Assembly (NCBI GenBank): GCA_965655095.1
Contig: OZ296648.1
Coordinates: 78,244,001 to 78,308,000, forward strand
DNA from: Haplodiscus bocki
Lineage: Eukaryota
Length of the DNA: 64,000 bases
Reading direction: 5' to 3'
Below are positions 28,701 to 42,800 of the stretch, one piece after another. The notes under the pieces are model-generated. The model worked only from the letters and a program-made list of their open reading frames with translations. It was not told where the DNA came from and made no database searches. Position numbers and translations under genes: made by a program. Within the stretch, counting starts at the first letter, position 1, and each line of letters opens with the position of its first letter.

Positions 28701-30269
28701 CTGCTGAAGTTATAAAGCCGCCGCTCAAATTGGAGTAGTAGGCAGCGAGGTTAAAGACAATAGCCCGTATCCAAAAACTTTTGTTGGGGTCAGCCTTATG
28801 TCGAAACTTGGAGACAGTTTGCAAAACTGTCAAAAGAAACCACGCGAGTACAAATGTGAATCTGAATCCTGCACCCACGGGACTTGATGTACATGCCCAC
28901 ACATTTGCCAGAAAAGTGCTCCTACTCACTGGTGTCACAGACTGTGACATCAGAATATCTGGGAGAGAAGGTGACTATATCAAAATGGCCCATCCAAAAG
29001 AACAAAACATTGCGTTAGCTCACATTCCAAGGAAAGCTATTGATATTTTTTATTTGGATGTTTCGTTTATGGAGGAAATGTACCGAATTTTTTTTTTTTG
29101 ATGTTTCTCATCTTTCAAAACTCTTTAGATGATCACAAAAGTCATCCTCAAACGTGTATCCAGATCCACAGACTCTCAGACTAGTTTATCCTACGGTCTC
29201 CTAAACCGGCTCTGAATATCTAACTGATATAATTGACTGGAATGTTTTTAATTAGTTTGATACAACTTCTAAATCGAAAGTCTTTTGGAAAAATTTCCGC
29301 AGTTATTGTTGAGGAGCCTTTCCATATGGTCCTTTTTGATAGCAACTTTCTAACGGTGTTTTGGGCAGCACGTTTGTACGGTACTCTTTAGACGCAGAAT
29401 TCGATACTGTGTTTTTGGAAGCAATTTTCCAACGGTGTTTCGGGCAGCACGTTTGTACGGTACTTTTTCGACGCAGAATTCGATACGGTGTTTTTTGTAG
29501 GCAATTTTTTAACAGTGTTTTGAGCAGCACTTTTAAACGACAAGTTTTCGTTGACCAATTCGATACGGTCTTTCTTCCCTGGCGATTTTTTAACGGTGAC
29601 ATGGGCAGCACTTTTGTATGAAACTTTTTTGACGACAATTTTGATACGGTTTATTTTTGAAAATGGTTTTCTAACGGTGTCTAAGGAAGCACTTTCATGC
29701 TGTACCTCTTTAACAGGCATTTTGATACGGTCCTTTTTTGGTAGCGGTTTTCTACGTGTGTTCGGGGCAGCTTTTTGTACGGTACTTTTTCCTCAAACTT
29801 TTCCAGAGACAAAGAAAAATACACTGCAAAACTGACGGAGAAAACAAGCAATAGCCCAGAGAAAAAATAATCACTGTCGCTAGATACTCGTACATTACCG
29901 CTGCGTTTGCTTAAAAGCTCAAACAGAGAAGGCCAGCAAGGAGTTTCCTCCCCTGAACCATAGTTTAAGGTACCAGTATCAGAATCAAAACTCTTTCATG
30001 AACTTTCGACCTGCTCCTGTTCGGCATCAATCAACATGTTCCGTGGCTTAAGTTGGAATCGTCAATCCTGATTTCCTCAAAATCCGCTAAAACCTCCAAA
30101 TCACTTTCTGATTAAATACGTTGATTAAATCCGGAGTCTGGCGGTGAAGAAATTTCAACTGAATGTAGAGACAAAGGGTTGAATTCATCAAATCCGATGA
30201 AATCTTCCGCTACATAAAAATGCGTTAAAGAAGGCATTCTGGAGGGTGGTTAGACATTAAATTATTTGA

Positions 30270-30818
30270 CTCTTCTGGACCAACGCGCGGCGGACAAAAA
30301 GATGGATTTGTTCGTCAAAGTTTCCACTTCTAGTCCGCTATCAAGCAATTGTTTTGGCAGCTGATGACGTTGGGTTCTACGACACTGCTGAAGTTATAGA
30401 GCCGCCGCTCAAGCTGGCGTTGGAGGCAGCGATGTCAGAGCCACTAGCCCATATCCAAAAACTTTTGTTGGGGTCAGCCTTATGTCGAAACTTGGAGACA
30501 GTTTGCAAAACTGTCCAAAGAAAACGCGCGAGTACAAATGTGAATCTGAAACCTGCACCCACGGGACATGATGTACATGTCCACACATTTGCCAGAAAAG
30601 TGCTCCTACTCACTGGTATCAAAGACTGTGACATCAGAATATCTGGGAGAGAAGGTGACTATATCAAAAGGGCCCATCCAAAAGAACAAAACATTGCGTT
30701 AGCTCACATTCCAAGAAAAGCTATTGATATTTTTTATTTGGATGTTTCGTTTATGGAGGAAATGTACCGAATTTTTTTTTCTTTTGATGTTTTTCATCTT
30801 TCAAAACTCTTTAGATGA
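30270..30818 (+). CDS. uS5-like open reading frame, copy 19; stop-free over the whole core and C-terminal tail, no clear start codon
   Basis: Track ORF 30354-30818 (154 aa). By hand the frame stays open upstream to a TGA at 30267-30269. The three stops common in other copies read AGA (30300), TTG (~30420) and CAA (~30687) here. The first ATG lies inside the domain (~30432), so expression is unproven. Confidence 0.4.
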   Translation, partial: LFWTNARRTKRWICSSKFPLLVRYQAIVLAADDVGFYDTAEVIEPPLKLALEAAMSEPLAHIQKLLLGSALCRNLETVCKTVQRKRASTNVNLKPAPTGHDVHVHTFARKVLLLTGIKDCDIRISGREGDYIKRAHPKEQNIALAHIPRKAIDIFYLDVSFMEEMYRIFFSFDVFHLSKLFR

Positions 30819-33800
30819 TCACAAAAGTCATCCTCAAACGTGTATCCAGATCCACAGACTCTCAGACTAGTTCATCCTACGGCCTCTTAAACCGGCTCTG
30901 AATAACTAACTGATATGATTGACTGGAATGTTTTTATTCAGTTTGATACAACTTCTAAATCGAAAGTCTTTTAGAAAAATTTCCACAGTTATTGTTGAGG
31001 AGCCTTTCCATATGGTCGTTTTTGATAGCAACTTTTTAACGGTGTTTGTGGCAGCACGTTTGTACGGTACTCTTTCGACGCAGAATTCGATACTGTGTTT
31101 TTGGAAGCAATTTTCTAACGGTGTTTCGGGCAGCACGTTCGTATGTTACTTTTTCGACGCAAAATTCGATACGGTGTTTTTTGTAAGCAATTTTTTAACA
31201 GTGTTTTGAGCAGCACTTTTGTACGACAAGTTTTCGTCGAGCAATTCGATACGGTCTTTCTTCCATGGCGATTTATTAACGGTGACATGGGCAGCACTTT
31301 TGTATGACACTTTATTGACGACAATTTTGATACGGTTTAATTTTGAAAATGGTTTTTTTAACGGTGTTTAAGGAAACACTTCCATGCTGTACCTCTTCGA
31401 CAGGCATTTTGATACGGTCCTTTTTTGATAGCGGTTTTCTAAGTGTGTTTCGGGCAGCACTTCTGTACGGTAGTTTTTCGACAAACTTTGTCGGAGACAA
31501 TGAACAAAATACTGCAAAACTGACGGAGAAAACAAGCAAGAGCCCAGAAAAAAAACAATCACAGTCGCTAGATGTTCGTACATTACCGCTGCGTTTGTTT
31601 AAAAGCTCAAACAGAGAAGGCCAGCAAGGAGCTTCCTCCCCTGAACCATAGTTTAAAGTACCAGTATCAGAATCAAAACTCTTTCATGAACTTTCGACCT
31701 GCTCCTGTTCGGCATCAATCAAAATGTTCCGTGGCTTAAGTTGGAATCGTCAATCCTGTTTTCCTCAAAATCCGCTAAAACCTCCAAATCACTTTCTGAT
31801 TAAATACGTTGATTAAATCCAGAGTCTGGCGGTGAAGAATTTTCAACTGAATATAAAGTCAAAGGGTTAAATTCATCCAATCCGATGAAATCTACCGCTA
31901 CATAAAAATGAGTAAAAGAAGGCATTCTTGCGGGTGGTGAGACATTAATTTCTCTGATGATTCTTGACCAATGCGGGGACAAAAAGATGGATTTGTTCGT
32001 CAAAGTTTCCACTTCCAGTCCGCTAACAAGCAATTGCTTTGGCAACTGGGTTCTACGACACTGCTGAACTCATAAAACCACCGCTCAAATTGGAGTAGTA
32101 GGCAGCGAGGTCAAAGACAATAGCCCGTATCCAAAAACTTTTGATGGGGTCAGCCTTATATCGAAACTTGGAAACAGTTTTCAAAAATGTCAAAAGGAAG
32201 CACGCGAATACAAATGCGGTTCTGAATCCTGCACCCACGGGATTTGATGTAAATGCCCACACTTTTGCCAGAAAAGTGCTCCTACTCACTGGTATCAAAG
32301 ACTGTGACATCAAAATATCTGGGAGAGAAGGTGACCATATCAAAATGGCCCATCCAAAAGAATAAAGCATTGCGTTAGCTCAAATTCCAGGAAAAGCTCT
32401 TGATATTTTGTATTCGGTTGTTTCGTTTATGGAGGAAATGTACCGAATTTTTCTTTCTTTTGATGTTTTTCATCTTTCAAAATTCTTCAGATAATCACAA
32501 AATTCATCCTCAAACGTGTATCCAGAACCACAGACTCTCAGACTAGTTCGTCTTACGGTCTCTTAAACCGGCTCTGAACAACTAACTCATATGATTGACT
32601 GGAATGTTTTTAATTAGTTTGATGCAACTTCTAAATCGAAAGTCTTTTAGAAAAATTTCCACAGATATTGTTGAAGAGCCTTTCCATATGGTCTTTTTGA
32701 TAGCAACTTTTTAACGGTGTTTCGGGCAGCACGTTTGTACGGTACTCTTTCGACGCAGAATTCGATACTGTGTTTTGGGAAGCAATTTTCTAACGGTGTT
32801 TCGGGCAGCACGTTTGTATGGTACTTTTTCGACGCAGAAGTCGATACGGTGTTTTTTGTAAGCAATTTTTTAACAGTGTTTTGAGCAGCACTTTTGTACG
32901 ACAAGTTTTCGTCGAGCAATTCGATACGGTCTTTCTTCCATGGCGATTTATTAACAGTGACATGGGCAGCACTTTTGTATGACACTTTATTGACGACAAT
33001 TTTGATACGTTTTGTTTTTGAAAATGGTTTTTTTAACGGTGTTTAAGGAAACACTTCCATGCTGTACCTCTTTGACAGGCATTTTGATACGGTCCTTTTC
33101 TGATAGCGGTTTTCTTTGTGTGTTTCGGGCAGCACTTTTGTACGGTACTTTTTCGACAAATTTGTCAGAGATAAAGAACAAAATACTGCAAAACTGACGG
33201 AGAAAACAAGCAAGAGCCCAGAAAAAAGACAATCACAGTAACTAGATGTTCGTACATTACCGCTGCGTTTGTTTAAAAGCTCAAACAGAGAAGGCCAGCA
33301 AGGAGTTTCCTCCCCTGAACCATAGGTTAAGGTACCAATATCAGAATCAAAACTCTTTCATGATTTTTCGACCTGCTCCTGTTCGGCATCAATCAAAATG
33401 TTCTGTGGCTTAAATTGGAATCGTCAATCCTGATTTCCTCAAAATCCGCTAAAACCTCCAAATCACTTTCTGATTAAATACGTTGATTAAATCCGGAGTC
33501 TGGCGGTGAAAAAATTTCAACTGAATATAGAGACAAAGGGTTGAATTCATCAAATCCGATGAAATCTTCCGCTACATAAAAATGCGTTGAAGAAGGCATT
33601 CTGGAGGGTGGTTAGACATTAAATTATTTGACTCTTCTGGACCAACGCGCGGACAAAATGATGGATTTGTTCGTCAAAGTTTCCACTTCCAGTCCGCTAT
33701 CAAGCAATTGTTTTGGCAGCTGATGACGTTGGGTTCTACGACACTGCTGAAGTTATAGAGCCGCCGCTCAATTTGGCGTAGGAGGCAGCGATGTCAGAGG

Positions 33801-36800
33801 CACTAGCCCATATCCAAAAACTTTTGTTGGGGTCAGCCTTATGTCGAAACTTGGAGACAGTTTGCAAAACTGTCAAAAGGAAACGCGCGAGTACAAATGT
33901 GAATCTGAAACCTGCACCCACGGGACATGAGGTACAAGTCCACACATTTGCCAAAAAGTGCTCCTACTCACTGGTACCAAAGACTGTGACATCAGAATAT
34001 CTGGGACAGAAGGTGGCCATATCAAAATGACCCATCCAAAAGAATAAAGCATTGCGTTAGCTCACATTCCAAGAAAAGCTCTTGATTTTTTTTCTTTGGA
34101 TGTTTCGTTTATGGAGGAAATGTACCGAATTTTTCTTTCTTTTGATGTTTTTCATCTTTCAAAACTCTTTAGATGATCACAAAAGTCATCCTCAAACGTG
34201 TAAGCAGAACCACACACTCTCAGACCAGTTCATCCTACGGTCTCTTAAACCGGCTCTGAACAACTAACTCATATGATTGACTGGAATGTTTTTAATTAGT
34301 TTGATACAACTTCTAAATCGAAAGCCTTTTAGAAAAATTTCCACAGTTATTGTTGAGGAGCTTTTCCATATGGTCCTTTTTGATAGCAACTTTTCAACGG
34401 TGTTTATGGCAGCACGTTTGTACGGTACTCTTTCGACGCAGAATTCGATACTGTGTTTTTGGAAGCAATTTTCTAACGGTGTTTCGGGCAGCACGTTTGT
34501 ATGGTACTTTTTCGACGCAAAATTCGATACGGTGTTTTTTGTAAGCAATTTTTTAACAGTGTTTTGAGCAGCACCCTTGTACGACAAGTTATCGTCGAGC
34601 GATTCGATACGGTCTTTCATCAATGGCGATTTATTAACGGTGATACGGGCAGCACTTTTGTATGACACTTTTTTGACGACAATTTTGATACTGTTTATTT
34701 TTGAAAATGGTCTTTTAACGGTGTTTAAGGAAACACTTTCGTGCTGTACCTCTTTGACAGGCATTTTGATACGGTCCTTTTTTGATAGCGATTTTCTGTG
34801 TGTGTTCCGGACAGCTCTTTTGTACGGTACTTTTTCGACAAAATTTTCCAGAGGCAAAGAACAATATACTAAAAAACTGACGGAGAAAACAAGCAAGAGC
34901 CCAGAGAAAAAATAATCACTCTCGTCAGATATTCGTACATTACCGCTGCGTTTGTTTAAAAGCTGAAACAGAAAATGTGAGCAAGGGGATTCCTCCGCTG
35001 AACCATAGTTTAAAGTACCAGTATCAGAATCAAAACTCTTTCATGAACTTTCGACCTGCTCCTGTTCGGCATCAATCAAAATGTTCCGTGGCTTAAGTTG
35101 GAATCGTCAATCCTGTTTTCCTCAAAATCCGCTAAAACCTCCAAATCACTTTCTGATTAAATACGTTGATTAAATCCAGAGTCTGGCGGTGAAGAATTTT
35201 CAACTGAATATAAAGTCAAAGGGTTAAATTCATCCAATCCGATGAAATCTACCGCTACATAAAAATGAGTAAAAGAAGGCATTCTTGCGAGTGGTGAGAC
35301 ATTAATTTCTCTGATGATTCTTGACTAATGCGGGGACAAAAAGATGGAATTGTTCGTCAAAGTTTCCACTTCCAGTCCACTAACAAGCAATTGCTTTGGC
35401 AACTGGGTTCTACGACACTGCTGAACTCATAAAACCACCGCTCAAATTGGAGTAGTAGGCAGCGAGGTCAAAGACAATAGCCCGTATCCAAAAACTTTTG
35501 ATGGGGTCAGCCTTATATCGAAACTTGGAAACAGTTTTCAAAAATGTCAAAAGGAAGCACGCGAATACAAATGTGGTTCTGAATCCTGCACCCACGGGAT
35601 TTGATGTAAATGCCCACACTTTTGCCAGAAAAGTGCTCCTACTCACTGGTATCAAAGACTGTGACATCAAAATATCTGGGAGAGAAGGTGACCATATCAA
35701 AATGGCCCATCCAAAAGAATAAAGCATTGCGTTAGCTCAAATTCCAGGAAAAGCTCTTGATATTTTGTATTCGGTTGTTTCGTTTATGGAGGAAATGTAC
35801 CGAATTTTTCTTTCTTTTGATGTTTTTCATCTTTCAAAATTCTTTAGATGATCACAAAAGTCATGCTCAAACGTGTATCCAGAACCACAGACTCTCAGAC
35901 TAGTTCACCCTACGGTCTGTTAAACCGGCTCTGAATAACTAAGTGATATGATTAACTGGAATGTTTTTAATTAGTTTGATACAACTTCTAAATCGAAAGT
36001 CTTTTAGAAAAATTTCCACAGATATTGTTGAAGAGCCTTTCCATATGGTCTTTTTGATAGCAACTTTTTAACGGTGTTTCGGGCAGCACGTTTGTACGGT
36101 ACTCTTTCGACGCAGAATTCGATACGGTGTTTTTGGAAGCAATTTTCTAACGGTGTTTCGGGCAGCACGTTTGTGCGGTACTTTTTCGACGCAGAATTCG
36201 ATACGGTGTTTTTTGTAAGCAATTTTTTAACAGTGTTTTGAGCAGCACTTTTGTACGACAACTTTTTGTCGAGCAACTCGATACGGTCTTTCTTCAGTGG
36301 CGATTTATTAACGGTGATACGGGCAGCACTTTTGTATGACACTTTTCTGACGACATTTTTGATACAGTTTGTTTTCGAAAATGGTTTTTTAACGGTGTTT
36401 AAGGAAGCACTTTCATGCTGTACCTCTTTGACAGGCATTTTGATACGGTCCTTTTTTGATAGCGGTTTTCTTTGTGTGTTTCGGGCAGCACTTTTGTACG
36501 GTACTTTTTCGACAAACTTTGTCAGAGATAAAGAACAAAATACTGCAAAACTGACGGAGAAAACAAGCAAGAGCCCAGAAAAAAGACAATCACAGTAACT
36601 AGATGTTCGTACATTACCGCTGCGTTTGTTTAAAAGCTCAAAGAGAGAAGGCCAGCAAGGAGCTTCCTCACCTGAACCATAGTTTAAAGTACCAGTATCA
36701 GAATCAAATTTCTTTCTTGAACTTTCGATCTGCTCCTTTTTGGCATCAATCAAAATGTTCCGTGGGCTAAGTTGGAATCGTCAATCGTATTTTTCTCAAA

Positions 36801-39800
36801 CTCCGCTGAATCCGGCAACTCACTTTCTGATTAGATACGTTGATTAAATCCAGAGTCTGGCGGTGAACAACTTTCAACTGAATATAAAGTCAAAGGGTTA
36901 AATCCATCCAATCCGATGAAATCTACCGCTACATAACAATGCGTTAAAGAAGGCATTCTTGAGGGTGGTTAGACATTAAATTATTTGACTCTTGTTGACC
37001 AACGCGCGGACAAAATGATGGAATTGTTCGTCAAATTTTCCACTTCCAGTCCGCTAACAAGCAATTGCTTTGGCAACTGATGAAGATGGGTTCTACGACA
37101 CTGCTGAAGTTATAAAGCCGCCGCTCAAATTGGAGTAGTAGGCAGCGAGGTTAAACACAATAGCCCGTATCCAAAAACTTTTTTGTTGGGGTCAGCCTTA
37201 TGTCGAAACTTGGAGACAGTTTGCAAAACTGTCAAAAGAAACCACGCGAATACAAATGTGAATCTGAATCCTGCACCCACGGGACTTGATGTACATGCCC
37301 ACACATCTGCCAGAAAAGTGCTCCTACTCACTGGTATCAAAGACTGTGACATCAGAATATCTGGGAGAGAAGGTGACCATATCAAAATGGCCCATCCAAA
37401 AGAAGAAAGCATTGCGTTAGCTCACATTCCAAGAAAAGCTCTTGATACTTTTTATTTGGATGTTTCGTTTATGGAGGAAATGTACCGAATTTTTCTTTCT
37501 TTTGATGTTTTTCATCTTTCAAAACTCTTTAGATGATCACAAAAGTCATGCTCAAACGTGTATCCAGAACCACAGACTCTCAGACTAGTTCACCCTACGG
37601 TCTGTTAAACCGGCTCTGAATAACTAAGTGATATGATTAACTGGAATGTTTTTAATTAGTTTGATACAACTTCTAAATCGAAAGTCTTTTAGAAAAATTT
37701 CCACAGATATTGTTGAAGAGCCTTTCCATATGGTCTTTTTGATAGCAACTTTTTAACGGTGTTTCGGGCAGCACGTTTGTACGGTACTCTTTCGACGCAG
37801 AATTCGATACGGTGTTTTTGGAAGCAATTTTCTAACGGTGTTTCCGGTAGCACGTTTGTACGGTACTCTTTCGACGCAGAATTCGATACGGTGTTTTTTG
37901 TAAGCAATTTTTTACCAGTGTTTTGAGCAACACTTTTGTACGACAAGTTTTCGTCGAGCAATTCGATACGGTCTTTCTTCCATGGCAATTTATTAACGGT
38001 GATATGGGCAGCACTTTTGTATGACACTTTTTTGACGACAATTTTGATACTGTTTATTTTTGAAAATGGTCTTTTAACGGTGTTTAAGGAAACACTTTCG
38101 TGCTGTACCTCATTGACAGGCATTTTGATACGGTCCTTTTTTGATAGCGGTTTTCTTTGTTTGTTTCGGGCAGCACTTTTGTACGGTACTTTTTCGACAA
38201 ACTTTGTCCGAGACGAAGAACAGAACACTGCAAAACTGACGGAGAAAACAAGCAAGAGCCCAGAAAAAAAAACAATCACAGTCGCTAGATGTTCGTACAT
38301 TACCGCTGCGTTTGTTTAAAAACTCAAACAGAGAAGGCCAGCAAGGAGCTTCCTCACCTGAACCATAGTTTAAAGTACCAGTATCAGAATCAAATTTCTT
38401 TCTTGAACTTTCGATCTGCTCCTTTTTGGCATCAATCAAAATGTTCCGTGGGCTAAGTTGGAATCGTCAATCGTATTTTTCTCAAACTCCGCTGAATCCG
38501 GCAACTCACTTTCTGATTAGATACGTTGATTAAATCCAGAGTCTGGCGGTGAACAACTTTCAACTGAATATAAAGTCAAAGGGTTAAATCCATCCAATCC
38601 GATGAAATCTACCGCTACATAACAATGCGTTAAAGAAGGCATTCTTGAGGGTGGTTAGACATTAAATTATTTGACTCTTCTTGACCAACGCGCGGACAAA
38701 ATGATGGAATTGTTCGTCAAATTTTCCACTTCCAGTCCGCTAACAAGCAATTGCTTTGGCAACTGATGAAGATGGGTTCTACGACACTGCTGAAGTTATA
38801 AAGCCGCCGCTCAAATTGGAGTAGTAGGCAGCGAGGTTAAAGACAATAGCCCGTATCCAAAAACTTTTGTTGGGGTCAGCCTTATGTCGAAACTTGGAGA
38901 CAGTTTGCAAAACTGTCAAAAGAAACCACGCGAGTACAAATGTGAATCTGAATCCTGCACCCACGGGACTTGATGTACATGCCCACACATTTGCCAGAAA
39001 AGTGCTCCTACTCACTGGTATCAAAGACTGTGACATCAGAATATCTGGGAGAGAAGGTGACCATATCAAAATGGCCCATCCAAAAGAAGAAAGCATTGCG
39101 TTAGCTCACATTCCAAGAAAAGCTCTTGATATTTTTTATTTGGATGTTTCGTTTATGGAGGAAATGTACCGAATTTTTCTTTCTTTTGATGTTTTTCATC
39201 TTTCAAAGTTCTTCAGATAATCACAAAATTCATCCTCAAACGTGTATCCAGAACCACAGACTCTCAGACTAGTTCGTCTTACGGTCTCTTAAACCGGCTC
39301 TGAATAACTCAGTGATATGATTAACTGGAATGTTTTTAATTAGTTTGATACAACTTCTAAATCGAAAGTCTTTCAGAAAAAATTCCACAGTTTTTGTTGA
39401 GGAGCCTTTCCATATGGTTCTTTTTGATAGCAACTTTTTAACGGAGTTTCGGGCAGCACGTTTGTACGGTACTCTTTCGACGCAGAATTCGATACTGGAT
39501 ACTGTGTTTTGGGAAGAAATTTTCTAACGGTGTTTCGGGCAGCACGTTTGTGCGGTACTTTTTCGACGCAGAATTCGATACGTTGTTTTTTGTAAGCAAT
39601 TTTTTAACAGTGTTTTGAGCAGCACTTTTGTACGACAACTTTTTGTCGAGCAACTCGATACGGTCTTTCTTCAGTGGCGATTTATTAACGGTGATACGGG
39701 CAGCACTTTTGTATGACACTTTTTTGACGACATTTTTGATACAGCTTGTTTTCGAAAAAGGTTTTTTAACGGTGTTTAAGGAAGCACTTTCATGCTGTAC

Positions 39801-42800
39801 CTTTTTGACAGGCATTTTGATAGGGTCCTTTTTTGATAGCGGTTTTCTTTGTGTGTTTCGGGCAGCACTTTTGTACGGTACTTTTTCGACAAACTTTGTC
39901 AGAGATAAAGAACAAAATACTGCAAAACTGACGGAGAAAACAAGCAAGAGCCCAGAAAAAAGACAATCACAGTAACTAGATGTTCGTACATTACCGCTGC
40001 GTTTGTTTAAAAGCTCAAACAGAGAAGGCCAGCAAGGAGCTTCCTCACCTGAACCATAGTTTAAAGTACCAGTATCAGAATCAAATTTCTTTCTTGAACT
40101 TTCGACCTGCTCCTCTTTGGCAGCAATCAAAATGTTCCGTGGCCTAAGTTGGAATCGTCAATCGTATTTTTCTCAAACTCCGCTGAATCCGGCAACTCAC
40201 TTTCTGATTAGATACGTTGATTAAATCCAGAGTCTGGCGGTGAACAACTTTCAACTGAATATAAAGTCAAAGGGTTAAATTCATCCAATCCGATGAAATC
40301 TACCGCTACATAACAATGCGTTAAAGAAGGCATTCTTGAGGGTGGTTAGACATTAAATTATTTGACTCTTGTTGACCAACGCGCGGAGAAAATGATGGAT
40401 TTGTTCGTCAAAGTTTCCACTTCCAGTCCGCTAACAAGCAATTGCTTTGGCAACTGATGAAGATGGGTTCTACGACACTGCTGAAGTTATAAAGCCGCCG
40501 CTCAAATTGGAGTAGTAGGCAGCGAGGTTAAAGACAATAGCCCGTATCCAAAAACTTTTGTTGGGGTCAGCCTTATGTCGAAACTTGGAGACAGTTTGCA
40601 AAACTGTCAAAAGAAACCACGCGAGTACAAATGTGAATCTGAATCCTGCACCCACGGGACTTGATGTACATGCCCACACATTTGCCAGAAAAGTGCTCCT
40701 ACTCACTGGTATCAAAGACTGTGACATCAGAATATCTGGGAGAGAAGGTGACCATATCAAAATGGCCCATCCAAAAGAAGAAAGCATTGCGTTAGCTCAC
40801 ATTCCAAGAAAAGCTCTTGATATTTTTTATTTGGATGTTTCGTTTATGGAGGAAATGTACCGAATTTTTCTTTCTTTTGATGTTTTTCATCTTTCAAAGT
40901 TCTTCAGATAATCACAAAATTCATCCTCAAACGTGTATCCAGAACCACAGACTCTCAGACTAGTTCGTCTTACGGTCTCTTAAACCGGCTCTGAATAACT
41001 CAGTGATATGATTAACTGGAATGTTTTTAATTAGTTTGATACAACTTCTAAATCGAAAGTCTTTCAGAAAAAATTCCACAGTTTTTGTTGAGGAGCCTTT
41101 CCATATGGTTCTTTTTGATAGCAACTTTTTAACGGAGTTTCGGGCAGCACGTTTGTACGGTACTCTTTCGACGCAGAATTCGATACTGGATACTGTGTTT
41201 TGGGAAGAAATTTTCTAACGGTGTTTCGGGCAGCACGTTTGTACGGTACTCTTTCGACGCAGAATTCGATACGGTGTTTTTTGTAAGCAATTTTTTACCA
41301 GTGTTTTGAGCAACACTTTTGTACGACAAGTTTTCGTCGAGCAACTCGATACGGTCTTTCTTCAGTGGCAATTTATTAACGGTGATTCGGGCAGCACTTT
41401 TGTATGACACTTTTTTGACGACATTTTTGATACAGTTTGTTTTCGAAAAAGGTTTTTTAACGGTGTTTAAGGAAGCACTTTCATGCTGTACCTTTTTGAC
41501 AGGCATTTTGATACGGTCCTTTTTTGATAGCGGTTTTCTTTGTGTGTTTCGGGCAGCACTTTTGTACGGTACTTTTTCGACAAACTTTGTCAGAGATAAA
41601 GAACAAAATACTGCAAAACTGACGGAGAAAACAAGCAAGAGCCCAGAAAAAAGACAATCACAGTAACTAGATGTTCGTACATTACCGCTGCGTTTGTTTA
41701 AAAGCTCAAACAGAGAAGGCCAGCAAGGAGCTTCCTCACCTGAACCATAGTTTAAAGTACCAGTATCAGAATCAAATTTCTTTCTTGAACTTTCGACCTG
41801 CTCCTCTTTGGCAGCAATCAAAATGTTCCGTGGCCTAAGTTGGAATCGTCAATCGTATTTTTCTCAAACTCCGCTGAATCCGGCAACTCAGTTTCTGATT
41901 AGATACGTTGATTAAATCCAGAGTCTGGCGGTGAACAACTTTCAACTGAATATAAAGTCAAAGGGTTAAATTCATCCAATCCGATGAAATCTACCGCTAC
42001 ATAACAATGCGTTAAAGAAGGCATTCTTGAGGGTGGTTAGACATTAAATTATTTGACTCTTGTTGACCAACGCGCGGACAAAGTGATGGAATTGTTCGTC
42101 AAAGTTTCCACTTCCAGTCCGCTAACAAGCAATTGCTTTGGCAACTGATGAAGATGGGTTCTACGACACTGCTGAAGTTATAAAGCCGCCGCTCAAATTG
42201 GAGTAGTAGGCAGCGAGGTTAAAGACAATAGCCCGTATCCAAAAACTTTTGTTGGGGTCAGCCTTATGTCGAAACTTGGAGACAGTTTGCAAAACTGTCA
42301 AAAGAAACCACGCGAATACAAATGTGAATCTGAATCCTGCACCCACGGGACTTGATGTACATGCCCACACATCTGCCAGAAAAGTGCTCCTACTCACTGG
42401 TATCAAAGACTGTGACATCAGAATATCTGGGAGAGAAGGTGACCATATCAAAATGGCCCATCCAAAAGAAGAAAGCATTGCGTTAGCTCACATTCCAAGA
42501 AAAGCTCTTGATACTTTTTATTTGGATGTTTCGTTTATGGAGGAAATGTACCGAATTTTTCTTTCTTTTGATGTTTTTCATCTTTCAAAACTCTTTAGAT
42601 GATCACAAAAGTCATCCTCAAACGTGTATCCAGAACCACAGACTCTCAGACTAGTTCACCCTACGGTCTGTTAAACCGGCTCTGAAGAACTAAGTGATAT
42701 GATTAACTGGAATGTTTTTAATTAGTTTGATACAACTTCTAAATCGAAATTCTTTTAGAAAAATTTCCACAGATATTGTTGAAGAGCCTTTCCATATGGT

